From: an uncultured Bacteroidota bacterium
GTDB lineage: Bacteria; Bacteroidota; Bacteroidia; AKYH767-A; JABDAW01
DNA: 64,000 nucleotides
Direction of reading: 5' to 3'
Assembly (NCBI GenBank): GCA_903844645.1
Contig: CAIMUP010000013.1
Coordinates: 1,428-65,427, forward strand
The number at the start of each line of letters is the position of its first letter. Within the stretch, counting starts at the first letter, position 1. The notes under the pieces are model-generated. The model did not search any database. It saw only the letters and a program-made list of their open reading frames with translations, and was not told where the DNA came from. This document shows, piece by piece, positions 51,722-62,499 of the stretch. The translations under genes and the position numbers were made by a program.

Positions 51722-52849
51722 ATGGAAATAACAATCAAAAAAGTCGAAAACGGAGCCGATAAGAAGAAGTTTATTGACTTCGTTCATGATTTATATGCCG
51801 ATGATCCGAACTATGTGCCTGAACTTTACATGGCGCAAAGCGATTTGATGAATCCTAAGAAGAATCCTTTCTTTTGGCATTCCAAGGCGGATCTTTTTCT
51901 TGCTGAACGCGATGGAAAAGTGGTAGGAAGAATCGCCGCCATAAGGAATAATAATTATAATGAATACGCGAAAACCAAAGTCGGCTTCTTCGGGTTCTTC
52001 GATGTTATAAATGATTATGAAGTGGCTAAGAAATTACTCGATACCGCTAACGATTGGATTAAAAAGGAAGGCTTGACGGACATTATAGGACCTACAAATT
52101 TCTCTACCAATGAAACTTGCGGCTTATTAGTAGAAGGTTTGGATTCTGCGCCTGTAATTATGATGACTTATAACAAGGCTTATTACAAAACCTTCTTAGA
52201 TAAATATGGTTTTACTAAGCAAATGGACCTGATTGCATACGTCCTGGACCCGATGGATATGCCGGAAAAGCTATTGCGATTAGCAAAAGGGATTGAGGAG
52301 CGTTTGAAGAGAAGAAACATTACCGTCCGCAAGATAAATATGAAGGATTTTAACAACGAAGTAGCCAAAGTAAAGGAAATTTATAATGCTGCCTGGGATA
52401 AAAATTGGGGTTTTGTGCCGATGACGGATGACGAATTCAAATTCCAGGCTAAGGATATGAAAATGATATTAGATAAAGACTTCGCGTATGTAGCCGAAGA
52501 CAACGGAAAGGTCATCGCGTTCTCATTAACTATTCCGAATGTGAACGAGGTGTTCAAAACCATCAAGCGGGGCAGGTTATTCCCGACGGGGCTGTTAAAA
52601 TTAGTATTAAATAAGAGCAAAATATCCAGCGTACGTGTGATTACATTGGGGGTGTTGGAGGAATATCGGAAGCTGGGTATAGACGTCGTGTTTTATGCTA
52701 AGAACATGGAAACCGCCCAACAGAAAAAACTTAAATATGCAGAGGCTTCCTGGATTTTAGAGAACAATAAGGAGATGAATTCTCCCTTAATTTCCATCAA
52801 TGCGAAGCCTTATAAAACATATCGTATCTTTGAGAAGAAGATAGTATGA
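51722..52849 (+). CDS. GNAT-like acyl-CoA N-acyltransferase superfamily protein (tentative)
   Basis: This 375-aa protein has an N-terminal region (…LAERDGKVVGRIAA…GFFGFFD) that resembles acyltransferase folds. Its stop overlaps the next start (ATGA). Confidence 0.55.
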   Translation: MEITIKKVENGADKKKFIDFVHDLYADDPNYVPELYMAQSDLMNPKKNPFFWHSKADLFLAERDGKVVGRIAAIRNNNYNEYAKTKVGFFGFFDVINDYEVAKKLLDTANDWIKKEGLTDIIGPTNFSTNETCGLLVEGLDSAPVIMMTYNKAYYKTFLDKYGFTKQMDLIAYVLDPMDMPEKLLRLAKGIEERLKRRNITVRKINMKDFNNEVAKVKEIYNAAWDKNWGFVPMTDDEFKFQAKDMKMILDKDFAYVAEDNGKVIAFSLTIPNVNEVFKTIKRGRLFPTGLLKLVLNKSKISSVRVITLGVLEEYRKLGIDVVFYAKNMETAQQKKLKYAEASWILENNKEMNSPLISINAKPYKTYRIFEKKIV

Positions 52850-53853
52850 AGAAAGTTCTGATTACTGGTGCTAGCGGCTTTGTTGGTAGCTTCTTGGTGG
52901 AAGATGCCTTAAAAAAAGGCTACGAAGTATATGCCGGAATCCGCGGAAGTAGCAGCCGCAAGTATCTTCCTGATGAACGGATTAAATTTTTATCTCTCGA
53001 CTTCGGGAATACCAATCATCTTACCAAAAGTCTTGACGATTTTGCCCAAGAAAATAACGGCGGTTTCGATTTTATTATTCACGGAGCGGGGATTACGAAG
53101 GCAAATAATATTCAGCATTATTACGATGTCAATTATCTTAATACAAAACATTTTGTCGAAGCATTAATTACCACAAAAACGATCCCGAAAAAGTTTATTC
53201 AGGTAAGTTCGCTCGCCGCTTTTGGTCCGGGCAATCCAAAAACATTAGAGCCGATCAATCATACTCATAAGCCGATGCCGGTAAGTAGTTACGGAAAGAG
53301 TAAATTAGTTGCCGAAGAATATTTTGCTACTCTGAATGACTTTCCTTTTATTATTTTTCGCCCCACGACGGTATATGGTCCGAGGGAGCGGGATCTTTTC
53401 ACGGTTTTCCAGATGGTAAATAATGGTTTTGAATTCTATATCGGGAGGAAACCACAGCATCTTACCTTTATTTATGTCAAGGATTTGGTAACGCTGATGC
53501 TGGATTCGTTGGAGAGGGATATTATTAACAAATCGTACTTTGTTTCGGACGGAAAAAGCTATGAATCGAGCCTGTTGAATACTTATATTAAGCAGGGGCT
53601 GAATAAAAAAACCATCAAACTTACGATGCCGGTCGCGGTGGTGAAGGCTTTGGCGTTTACTTTAGAGAAAAGTTTCGGGTTATTTAATCAAATTCCGACC
53701 TTAAATAGTGAGCGGGTGAAAGAATTTGAGAGTACGAATTGGAAAGTATTCACGGATGACCTTTTCTTAGACTTCAATTTCAAACCGGAGTATGATTTGG
53801 AGCGGGGCGTGATGGAAACCATCGCCTGGTATAAGCAAGAAAAGTGGTTGTAA
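52846..53853 (+). CDS. NAD-dependent epimerase/dehydratase family (extended SDR) reductase
   Basis: It has ITGASGFVGSFL and the catalytic YGKSK (YxxxK). Confidence 0.85.
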   Translation: MKKVLITGASGFVGSFLVEDALKKGYEVYAGIRGSSSRKYLPDERIKFLSLDFGNTNHLTKSLDDFAQENNGGFDFIIHGAGITKANNIQHYYDVNYLNTKHFVEALITTKTIPKKFIQVSSLAAFGPGNPKTLEPINHTHKPMPVSSYGKSKLVAEEYFATLNDFPFIIFRPTTVYGPRERDLFTVFQMVNNGFEFYIGRKPQHLTFIYVKDLVTLMLDSLERDIINKSYFVSDGKSYESSLLNTYIKQGLNKKTIKLTMPVAVVKALAFTLEKSFGLFNQIPTLNSERVKEFESTNWKVFTDDLFLDFNFKPEYDLERGVMETIAWYKQEKWL

Positions 53854-54368
53854 GTCATTTTGAGCCAAAACGGTACCTATTTACTGAAATTCGGTAAGGT
53901 TTTCCCGATATTCTCTGCATAATCCTACGATATTACCTTGATATTTGATTATATATCGAAGGAAATCTCTCATAAATAATCCCAAAAAAGACTTATTTAC
54001 TAAGAATGGTCTATACTTTTATCCAGCGAAACGATGGTTTCATCGGGCTAAACCATAGTTTAAACAGATATTAGACCTCTTTCATTGTTGTCTTTTCAAT
54101 GATCGTATAACAATCTCGGAGGGACGGCATCTTTTTTTATTCGGTAGTAAACGATGATTTATAATAGAGGTCTATTCTTGGGAATAACTATCTAAATCGT
54201 GTGAAATGTGATCTTATACAGGCAGTTTCGGTAGTAAATAGGGGTAGTAATGATCTCGTCCAGAGGGTATTTAATAGTGTTTGGAAGGGTTCTTTAGGTA
54301 ATAATAATGAATGTGTACATACATTTTGTTCGGTGTATATGCCGCCGAGTTATTACAATATAAATTAT

Positions 54369-54558
54369 CCGTCATCATATATGAAAACGGACAATCGTAA
54401 TAGTTATTATTGTATTAACTATTGTAATTATTGCTTTAGCAATAGTAAATATGACCATAACGATACCTTGGGCGATATTTTCTATCGTTACTGCAATAAT
54501 AACATATGTAAAAGGTATCCTTAGGATACCAATTATACGTTTTCATATATGATGACGG
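54369..54558. repeat. perfect 21-nt inverted repeat pair flanking 148 bp
   Basis: The sequence ccgtcatcatatatgaaaacg (54369-54389) has its exact reverse complement cgttttcatatatgatgacgg at 54538-54558. Confidence 0.9.
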
Positions 54559-54579
54559 ACGAAAAGGATAGTAAAAGCT

Positions 54580-54748
54580 GTTATCACGATAGTTATTGTT
54601 GTTATCACAATGGTAAAAGCGGTTATCACAATAGTTATTGCTGTTATCACAATAGTTATTGTAGTTATCACAATAGTTATTGCAGCTATTACAATTGTAA
54701 AAGCAGTTATTATAATAGCTATAACAGTATTCACGATAGCGATGACAA
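54580..54748. repeat. Array L: 21-bp tandem repeat, 8 copies
   Basis: The unit is gttatcacaatagttattgct. Starts fall at 54580, 54601 ... 54727. Related, degenerate reverse-orientation copies lie at about 54390-54450. Confidence 0.85.
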
Positions 54749-54978
54749 AAACTGTAAGTACATTCATTAGTAATACCATATAAATAGCACAATAGATGAA
54801 GAAATTAAAGGTAAAACGGATGGTTTATATCAGGATTAATGATGTCCCTGACACCCGAATGGTGATTCTTTCCATGTTCCTGACAGGTTTTTTCACCTGA
54901 TAGGTTTTGAGAATTGGAATTCCTATCGTTTCATCAGGTTTTGGGATTACAATTTGGAGGGAAAGGCTTCCTTTTTTA

Positions 54979-55500
54979 TCAAAGCCGATAGTAAAAGGCA
55001 AATTCGGCAGTTACCGTAATGGTTTGGAAGCTGTCGTATCCGCCAAAACCTCCCATTAAATCGACAACGATAGGAGAAGTGCCGGTATATAATTGCAAAT
55101 CCAAGCCGAGACCTGTATTATAGGTCGAATTTGTTTTAACATATCGTTGCCCGGGATAAGTTCCGTAGCCAGAGGCTGGAGTATATTCTTTTTTGTAGAA
55201 GACAGAGTTGGCAAAATAGAAGTAAAGCCCGGCATCTTTAGACTCGCGAAGCCTTTGCAATAACGTAATGCCGAAACTTACTGTAGAATTGTCGTCTTTT
55301 TGATAGTACGGAGCGAAATTGACCATCGCCCCGAAATTTTCGGGAATATATCGGTACGAAAACCCATAGCCCGTCGTGAATCCGGCACCTACGCCGACAT
55401 AATTGTTATAATGTTTTTGCCCGGTAGCATAGTCCTGCGCATGTATTTTATTAATAAAAACGATGGCGATAAGGGCGATTATCAGAAGTTTGTTTTTCAT
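54979..55500 (-). CDS. small outer-membrane beta-barrel protein (tentative)
   Basis: It has a signal peptide (…INKIHAQ), a G/Y-rich alternating pattern and a C-terminal ...FAFYYRL. Confidence 0.55.
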   Translation of the reverse strand: MKNKLLIIALIAIVFINKIHAQDYATGQKHYNNYVGVGAGFTTGYGFSYRYIPENFGAMVNFAPYYQKDDNSTVSFGITLLQRLRESKDAGLYFYFANSVFYKKEYTPASGYGTYPGQRYVKTNSTYNTGLGLDLQLYTGTSPIVVDLMGGFGGYDSFQTITVTAEFAFYYRL

Positions 55501-55609
55501 GAATAATTTGGTTAGCTTGGTTCGTATTTTGAATGGTAAAACGGGGCTTGGCTATGGATTAGTATTTAATTTTATTAAATAAATACCGCCCCCTGATAAG
55601 AATATTTTA

Positions 55610-57781
55610 TTATAAGTTCTTCTGTAAATAATCTAACCACATCTGATACAAATGTTGCCTACTATTTCCTCCCGAAATGCCATGATTTTTGTTCGGATAG
55701 AAGAACGTGTCGAACTGTTTGTTAGCCTTTATCAAAGCATTGACAAACTCCATCGAGTTTTGGAAATGAACATTATCATCCGCCGTACCATGAATCAATA
55801 ATAGCTTTCCTTTTAATTTATCAGCGTAATAGATAGGGGAGTTTTCGTCATATCCTTTCGGGTTTTCTTGTGGCGTTTGCATGTATCGCTCTGTATAAAT
55901 GTTGTCATAGTATCGCCAATTCGTAACGGGGGCAACGCAGATGCCGGTTTTGAATACATCGGCACCCTTTGTCATACAAAGCGCGGTCATAAACCCACCA
56001 TAACTCCACCCTTGGATACCTATTCTGGAGGCATCTACAAAAGGAAGCATCTGGAGGAATTTAGCAGCCTCTATTTGGTCATCACTTTCCAGCTTTCCCA
56101 TGTTAAGATAAGTACATTTCTTAAACTCTTCGCCCCGATTCCCTGTTCCGCGGTTATCAACCGATACAATTATGTACCCATTGTTTGATAAAAGCTGATG
56201 CCAGAAGTAATCCCGACCGCCCCAGGAATCATTGACTGTGTTTGCACCAGGTCCGCCGTAAACAGTCATAAGAACAGGGTACTTTTTGGTAGCATCAAAG
56301 CCCTTAGGCTTAATAATCCAGGCGTTAAGGTCTACATTAATGGGAGTTTTTATAGTGATAAATTCTTTTTTCTGGATATTATAATCCTGGAGCTTTATAT
56401 TTAATTTGGCATTGTCCTCTAATGTCCGAACCGGCTTACCATCATTGGTATTTAAGGATATATATTCCGGCGAATTGGCATCGGTATGGAAGTTTATAAA
56501 GTATTTAAAATTAGAAGAGAAGTCCGCCCGATCGGTTCCCTTATAATTTGTCAGTTGTTTCTTATTCGTTCCATCGGTTTTGATAGAGAAAATATGGCGT
56601 TCCATAGGAGTCGGCTCCGCACTCTGATAATAAACCGTTTTAGTTGCTTCATCTACGCCATAAAAGTTAGTAATATCCGCCTTAGCCGTAGTAATTTTAT
56701 TCTCTAACTTACCATCCATTTTATAAAGGTATAGCTGATGGTAACCTTCCCCCTCACTCGACCAGATAAAGTGTTGCTTATCCTTCAGGAAAACCATGTT
56801 GTCGGTAATCTCTATATAGGTCTTATTCTCTTCTGTAAGTAAGATAGTCGTTCTCCCTGTATAAGCATCGGCAAGCAATAATTCCAGCTTGTTTTGATGA
56901 CGATTCATCTTATAAATACATAGCGTATTCGGGTCTTGCGTCCATTTTATTCTTGGAATATAGATGTCCGAATCCGGTCCTGTATTGAATTGGTTCGTCT
57001 TCCCAGATCTTATATCATAAACATAAATATTTACCAACGAATTTGCCTCTCCCGCCTTCGGATATTTATAGATATATTCTTCCGGGTAAAGCGAACCGTA
57101 TTTTGCTATCTGATACTGCCGAACTTTGCGTTCATCAAACCGATAAAAGGCTATAAAATTCCCATCATTATTCCAAAAAAAAGCGGGAGCAAATTCAAAT
57201 TCTTCTTCATACACCCAATCGCAAGAACCATTGATTACTTCATTCAGCTTTCCATCATACGTTACTTGCTTTTCCGAACCATTGACGAGGTCTTTTACAT
57301 AAAGATTATTATCTCTTGCAAACGCCACTTTATTTCCATCAGGAGAAAGCGAGGCATACTGCTGCTTTCCCTTGTCAGACACAGGAGTCAGGCTCTTTGC
57401 CTTACGATCATAAATATAATAAATAGCTTTATAAGAACGGCGATAAATAGCCACGACATCAGTCTTAATAATGATGCGGCTTTCGTCAGCATTAAATTGA
57501 TAATCGCCAATATTTATCTTCTCTTTTAATGATTTTTCGGAGAGAATGGTATCAACCAATTTGCCTGTTTTATATTCATACCGAAGTATCGCGCCATCGG
57601 CATAAGTAGTGTAATGCAAGCCATCTTTCATGGATGTAATTCCGTTCACAGTCTCGGCTTTGAAGGTGTTATTTTTCCATATATCATCCAGCGTGATGTC
57701 TTTTTTATTCTGCTGCGCAACGATGGTAGTACCTATAAAAAGGAACGCCATCAGTAATTTATTTTTCATATTTCTTTTCAT
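55610..57781 (-). CDS. dipeptidyl peptidase IV (S9B prolyl oligopeptidase family)
   Basis: It has a beta-propeller N-terminal region and the catalytic GWSYGG, GTADDNVH and ...NHGI motifs. Confidence 0.9.
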   Translation of the reverse strand: MKRNMKNKLLMAFLFIGTTIVAQQNKKDITLDDIWKNNTFKAETVNGITSMKDGLHYTTYADGAILRYEYKTGKLVDTILSEKSLKEKINIGDYQFNADESRIIIKTDVVAIYRRSYKAIYYIYDRKAKSLTPVSDKGKQQYASLSPDGNKVAFARDNNLYVKDLVNGSEKQVTYDGKLNEVINGSCDWVYEEEFEFAPAFFWNNDGNFIAFYRFDERKVRQYQIAKYGSLYPEEYIYKYPKAGEANSLVNIYVYDIRSGKTNQFNTGPDSDIYIPRIKWTQDPNTLCIYKMNRHQNKLELLLADAYTGRTTILLTEENKTYIEITDNMVFLKDKQHFIWSSEGEGYHQLYLYKMDGKLENKITTAKADITNFYGVDEATKTVYYQSAEPTPMERHIFSIKTDGTNKKQLTNYKGTDRADFSSNFKYFINFHTDANSPEYISLNTNDGKPVRTLEDNAKLNIKLQDYNIQKKEFITIKTPINVDLNAWIIKPKGFDATKKYPVLMTVYGGPGANTVNDSWGGRDYFWHQLLSNNGYIIVSVDNRGTGNRGEEFKKCTYLNMGKLESDDQIEAAKFLQMLPFVDASRIGIQGWSYGGFMTALCMTKGADVFKTGICVAPVTNWRYYDNIYTERYMQTPQENPKGYDENSPIYYADKLKGKLLLIHGTADDNVHFQNSMEFVNALIKANKQFDTFFYPNKNHGISGGNSRQHLYQMWLDYLQKNL

Positions 57782-58026
57782 ATAATTTGGGGCGAAATTA
57801 GTATAATTAAGGATAATAATATGATGAAGTATTTGATAAAAATAAGGATGACAAAAGGAATGCTACACGACAAATTATTTTTTCATAAACTTCAGATTCA
57901 TCTACTAAATGACTACAATTTTTATCTAATAATTTGGAGAATTAATGCCTGCAAAACGGAACAAATTAAGAGCATAAAAATGTGGCTTCTTTGGAATAAA
58001 ATTCTGAATAAGAGGGATTCCGACTC

Positions 58027-58152
58027 GGCTGCGAATGATTTCGTCGTGACTGCGACTATTTTCATCATGACTGCGACCATTTCCGACTAGATTGCGACTA
58101 TTTTCATCGTGACTGCGACCATTTCCGACTAGATTGCGACCATTTTCATCGG
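58027..58152. repeat. Array M: 21-bp tandem repeat, 6 copies with a 42-bp higher order
   Basis: The units gactgcgaccatttccgacta and gattgcgactattttcatcgt alternate. Starts fall at 58027 (degenerate), 58048, 58069, 58090, 58111 and 58132. Confidence 0.9.
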
Positions 58153-58436
58153 AAATCCTCCTATGCATGTTTTGCTTATACCAATCAACACTTTAGCTAC
58201 TTCTCAGGGCATCAAAACAGGGTTAAAACGACCAAAAACAGACTAAAAGAGGATTAAAAAGACTATTCGCGGCATGATAAAAAAAGTCCTTCTCCAACAA
58301 AGTATTTGAGACCGAAACGACGAAGAAAAGGACATCCCTCGAAACTTAACGATCCCGAATTATATCCCCATCAAGCACCCTCGGACAGGGCAAAAGTTGC
58401 CTAAATTATGGGGTGCTAAAATTACTTTTAAGAAGA

Positions 58437-60386
58437 TTATTTGCCTCCTGCCGCGGCTTGTGCTTGCTTTTCTTTGGCAAAGCAATCGTTTGCATCAACT
58501 TCATCTTTCATAAAATTATAAGTGATGCCCATCATGTGATAAGTGCTGGCGCGACTGACATTATCCTTCTCATATTTCAACGATTCGTTGAAGTTATCAA
58601 TGGCTTTTTGGTACTGCCCGAAAGTGCCGAAACAACTACCCAGATTTTTCCATGCATCAGAGTAGCGAGGGTTCCACCGAACAGCATTTTGGAAGTCATC
58701 CAAAGCCCGTTGGTACTGCCCTCCTTCAAAGAAAATCACGCCACGATTATTAAATGTTTTATCATCCGCGCGGTTGTATTTTAATGCCGAATCATAGTTC
58801 GCATAAGCGGCAACAGTGTCCCGCATTTTATGATAAATAACCGCCATATCGCGGTAAGCATCGAAGTTTTGTGGGTATAGTTGCGTAGCTATTTTTAATT
58901 CCGCAATGGCATGTTTGTAAATGGCATCTTTCTTCACGGAATCCTTCTCGTTTTTTGCATCTCTGTTCTTTAATTCAATGCCATATAGATAATGATTACG
59001 GGTACTGTTCGGACCATCCACAATGCCTGATAGATAAAGGGACATGTTATCGTACCATACCGGATTTCGCGTAACAGTTTTGAAGGAATATAAAGCCAAT
59101 ATAATGCAAGCTACTCCTATTACTTTTGAATTGGTTTTAAAGAACTCGCCAATCGAAGTATTTGCGGTAGTGATGTTCTCTGTTTTGAAAAGTTTGGTTA
59201 ATAAAAGTGCTACCACCAACGCGAATCCTAAAGAAGGCATAAAGGTTAAACGATCTGCCATTACCGTACCGATGATGACCACAATATTTGACACGATGGA
59301 GATGGTGATTAAGTAGAATAAAATGGCAAATGCGATGGTATCTTTTTCTCTTATTTTATAAACAGCATAACCAGCAATGCAGATATATACCACAACAGAT
59401 AAAAGTATACGCCAATCGGAGAGCGGCAGGAGGTTAATTTCAGAGAAAGAATAATCGTCTGAAAGGTGTATCGGGAATACAATTAAAATAAGATAACGAC
59501 CTAAGACATACATTGCATTTGGCCCGCGAATAAAGAAGTTTGGCGCACTGGCAAGTACATTATCAATGGGTAAAACAGACTTTGTATTGACAATGCCTCC
59601 TAATGCATTTCCACGTAAAGCCATATACACGAAGACGGCGAGAAAAAGAGGTAAGACGGCGGTGATATTCTTGTTTCTCGGGAGGTTTTTAAAGGTAAAT
59701 AACAAGATAGGTATGACTGCAATCATGGTTATCGCGCTTTCCTTTGCCATCATCGCTAAGAAGAATGCGAAGATAGAGAGAAAGAGTTTGGGAGTAGTGT
59801 TCTTTTCAAGATAATCCAACAACCATTGAACTGTTAATATGGAAAAGATAAGACAAAGAATTTCATCGCCGCTCTTTATATTCGCAACTACTTCGGTATG
59901 CACAGGATGCGCCATGAATAAGAGTGTTCCGATGAATGAAATGACTAAATTATTTTTGAATAATCGGGATAGGAAATTAAATAATAAGAAACCGCACAAG
60001 GCATACAAACATATATTAATAAAATGCCCGAATGCCGGAATATCAGGTGCTAATTGCCACTCTATTGCGAACATAACAAGAGATAAGGGTCTGTATAGTT
60101 CATCATTACTTGCCCAATATCCGTAGCGATAGGAGGTATGCAACAATGTTCCGATACCACTAAAGCCTTGTTGCACGACATGGTTCTCTTTTATCGTGGA
60201 ATAATCGTCTAAAGTGTAGGTATAAGGAATAGTTTGCGCATAAAGCAAGAAGCTAAACACGGCAACAATTACTCCTAATGCAAGCTTCAATTGGTTCTTG
60301 CTGGTTTTCTTTTCGGTAGTGATAGGATTAGATGTTTGTGCTAATGCTATCTTCTCTTTTTTCGTTAATTTCTTTTGTTGTGCCAT
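58437..60386 (-). CDS. polytopic membrane protein with C-terminal TPR repeats (TMTC / GT-C-like, tentative)
   Basis: It has about 10 TM segments followed by TPR-like helices (YRDMAVIYHK, FNNRGVIFFE, WKNLGSCF). Confidence 0.7.
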   Translation of the reverse strand: MAQQKKLTKKEKIALAQTSNPITTEKKTSKNQLKLALGVIVAVFSFLLYAQTIPYTYTLDDYSTIKENHVVQQGFSGIGTLLHTSYRYGYWASNDELYRPLSLVMFAIEWQLAPDIPAFGHFINICLYALCGFLLFNFLSRLFKNNLVISFIGTLLFMAHPVHTEVVANIKSGDEILCLIFSILTVQWLLDYLEKNTTPKLFLSIFAFFLAMMAKESAITMIAVIPILLFTFKNLPRNKNITAVLPLFLAVFVYMALRGNALGGIVNTKSVLPIDNVLASAPNFFIRGPNAMYVLGRYLILIVFPIHLSDDYSFSEINLLPLSDWRILLSVVVYICIAGYAVYKIREKDTIAFAILFYLITISIVSNIVVIIGTVMADRLTFMPSLGFALVVALLLTKLFKTENITTANTSIGEFFKTNSKVIGVACIILALYSFKTVTRNPVWYDNMSLYLSGIVDGPNSTRNHYLYGIELKNRDAKNEKDSVKKDAIYKHAIAELKIATQLYPQNFDAYRDMAVIYHKMRDTVAAYANYDSALKYNRADDKTFNNRGVIFFEGGQYQRALDDFQNAVRWNPRYSDAWKNLGSCFGTFGQYQKAIDNFNESLKYEKDNVSRASTYHMMGITYNFMKDEVDANDCFAKEKQAQAAAGGK

Positions 60387-60431
60387 AAGTTATTTGTTAT
60401 TGAAGGGGACAAAATTAAAGATTATCGGTGA

Positions 60432-61655
60432 TTACTTCTCACCTTCTAAATCATGCCCCATTTTATCCCGTTTCGTGTTGAGATAATCCTTGTTATGGAT
60501 GTTCGATTTTATTGCAATCGGTACGTTTTCCACGATCTCCAGACCATATCCTATCAAGCCCGCTCGCTTCGTCGGGTTATTCGACATTAATTTCATTTTC
60601 GTTACGCCCAAATTCCTTAATATTTGAGCACCCACCCCGTAATCCCTTTCATCCATCTTGAACCCGAGAGCAATATTTGCCTCCACCGTATCCATTCCTT
60701 CTTCTTGCAGTTTGTATGCCCTTAATTTATTCAACAATCCGATGCCCCTTCCCTCTTGATTGATGTAAACTAAAACCCCTTTCCCGGCTTCTTCAATCAT
60801 CTTCAAGGCTCTATGAAGTTGAGGTCCGCAATCGCAGCGGCAACTCCCGAAAATATCACCGGTAAGGCATGACGAATGTACCCTTACCAACACCGCTTCG
60901 TCCTTCTCCCATGTGCCTTTGATGATAGCAAGGTGCTCTTGATCGGTGTTGATTTGTTTGTAAGCGATTAACTTAAAATCGCCCCAGGCTGTCGGCAAAT
61001 TCACCGTTACTTCCTTCTCAATAAGGCTCTCTTTCGAGAGGCGGTATTTGATTAAATCCTCTATCGAAATTATCTTCAAATCGAATCGTTCGGCTATCTT
61101 GAAAAGGTTCGGCAGACGCGCCATCGTACCGTCTTCATTCATTATTTCTACCAGCACTCCCGCCGCTTCGAAGCCGGCTAAGGATGAAATATCAACCGTT
61201 GCTTCCGTATGTCCGGCTCTTCTTAAAACACCGCCATGCTTTGCTTTCAAAGGGAAAATATGTCCCGGTCTGCCCAGATCTTTTGGCATGGTTTCAGGAT
61301 TAATTAAAGCCTGAATCGTCTTGCTTCTATCGCTTGCCGAGATGCCTGTCGTGCAGCCATGTCCCAACAAATCCACCGAGATGGTGAATGGTGTTTCATG
61401 CGACGAGGTGTTCTTCGTAACCATCATATCTAATGCCAATTCCGCGCACCGTTCTTCGGTAATCGAGGCACAAATCAAGCCTCTGCCGTGGGTCGCCATA
61501 AAGTTCACAATATCAGGCGTCGCGTTGCGGGCAGCAGTTACGAAGTCGCCCTCGTTTTCGCGGTCCTCATCATCCACTACGATGATTACTTTACCTTGCC
61601 TGATGTCTTCCAGAGCCTCTTCGATGGTATTTAATTTATGTTGTACGATGTTCAT
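60432..61655 (-). CDS. ribBA: bifunctional 3,4-dihydroxy-2-butanone-4-phosphate synthase / GTP cyclohydrolase II
   Basis: The RibB half has [10 protein letters not shown] and HTEA. The RibA half has [15 protein letters not shown] and NQEGRGIGL. Confidence 0.95.
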   Translation of the reverse strand: MNIVQHKLNTIEEALEDIRQGKVIIVVDDEDRENEGDFVTAARNATPDIVNFMATHGRGLICASITEERCAELALDMMVTKNTSSHETPFTISVDLLGHGCTTGISASDRSKTIQALINPETMPKDLGRPGHIFPLKAKHGGVLRRAGHTEATVDISSLAGFEAAGVLVEIMNEDGTMARLPNLFKIAERFDLKIISIEDLIKYRLSKESLIEKEVTVNLPTAWGDFKLIAYKQINTDQEHLAIIKGTWEKDEAVLVRVHSSCLTGDIFGSCRCDCGPQLHRALKMIEEAGKGVLVYINQEGRGIGLLNKLRAYKLQEEGMDTVEANIALGFKMDERDYGVGAQILRNLGVTKMKLMSNNPTKRAGLIGYGLEIVENVPIAIKSNIHNKDYLNTKRDKMGHDLEGEK

Positions 61656-61929
61656 GGCGTGTTTTTTAATTCTATGGCGGCGAAATTAAGAAAATTGTTG
61701 GCGTTCGATTATCCGTTCTCGATCATTCGCAATCTTTATCCAAAGATACGTTTTCTCTCATCAAAAAATACTCGGATTGGTACCAAGAAAAGCATCATGC
61801 AGATACCTTCTCTCGGTATTCATTCAGGGAATCGCGATCTGTTGGTTCAAAGACTCGTTTCTTATACACAATACTGCCTCTGTTGTATTCCATTCAGCCT
61901 CCTTTTAGCTGCTAATCGCGATTCTGAAG

Positions 61930-62242
61930 CCAAAAGTCGAGATATTGAAACAATGAATCGTACCCATTAACCACTTAATTGAAGTGAAAGACTATTTTAG
62001 TATAATGAATGACTCATTAAGTATAATGAAAGACTATTTTAGTATAATGAATGACTAAAACACTAATATGAAAGACTAATTACCAGACATGAAAGACCAC
62101 TTCATGTCTGGCAATTAGTCTTTCATATTAGTGAATTAGTCTTTTACCTTAATAAAGTAGTTAATCATTATACTAAAATAGTCTTTCACTTCAATTAAGT
62201 GGTTAATGGGTACGATTCATTGTTTCAAGGTCTCGACTTGGA
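61930..62242. repeat. Element N: roughly 313-bp nested imperfect palindrome built from the GAAAGAC motif on a 21/42-bp lattice
   Basis: The outer arms match over about 65 bp perfectly (61945-62009 vs 62165-62229), with imperfect extension to 61930 and 62242. The inner 33-bp stem (62061-62094 / 62101-62133) has one mismatch. GAAAGAC starts at 61986, 62028, 62070 and 62091, and GTCTTT(C/T) starts at 62118, 62139 and 62181. Confidence 0.9.
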
Positions 62243-62499
62243 ATGATAAAATGGAGGAATGGCATCCGATTATCGAGGTATTTAATAAGATAGAGGCGAT
62301 GAATAATACGATAATGACGATACCGAATCATCTGATCAAGATTCCCCAATAAATACCACCGAATACCGACCGATAGGAGGCGAAATGTGAAAACAGAACC
62401 GCTATTTTCGGTACCTTTCTCGGGAATAAAAGATAATAAGTCGCGATGAACATTCTTAGATATTCATCATCTTTATCAAGCCCGAAAAAAGGGAGTATC

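Noticed and set aside
61656-61930. I looked for an FMN (RFN) riboswitch upstream of ribBA.
   Set aside because: I reverse-complemented the leader by hand and could not find the conserved RFN blocks (AGGGTGAAATTCCC..., ...CCGACGGTAAAGTCCGGATG...GAAGA). I saw only a direct repeat atcgcgatt. A covariance-model scan would be needed to exclude a divergent element.
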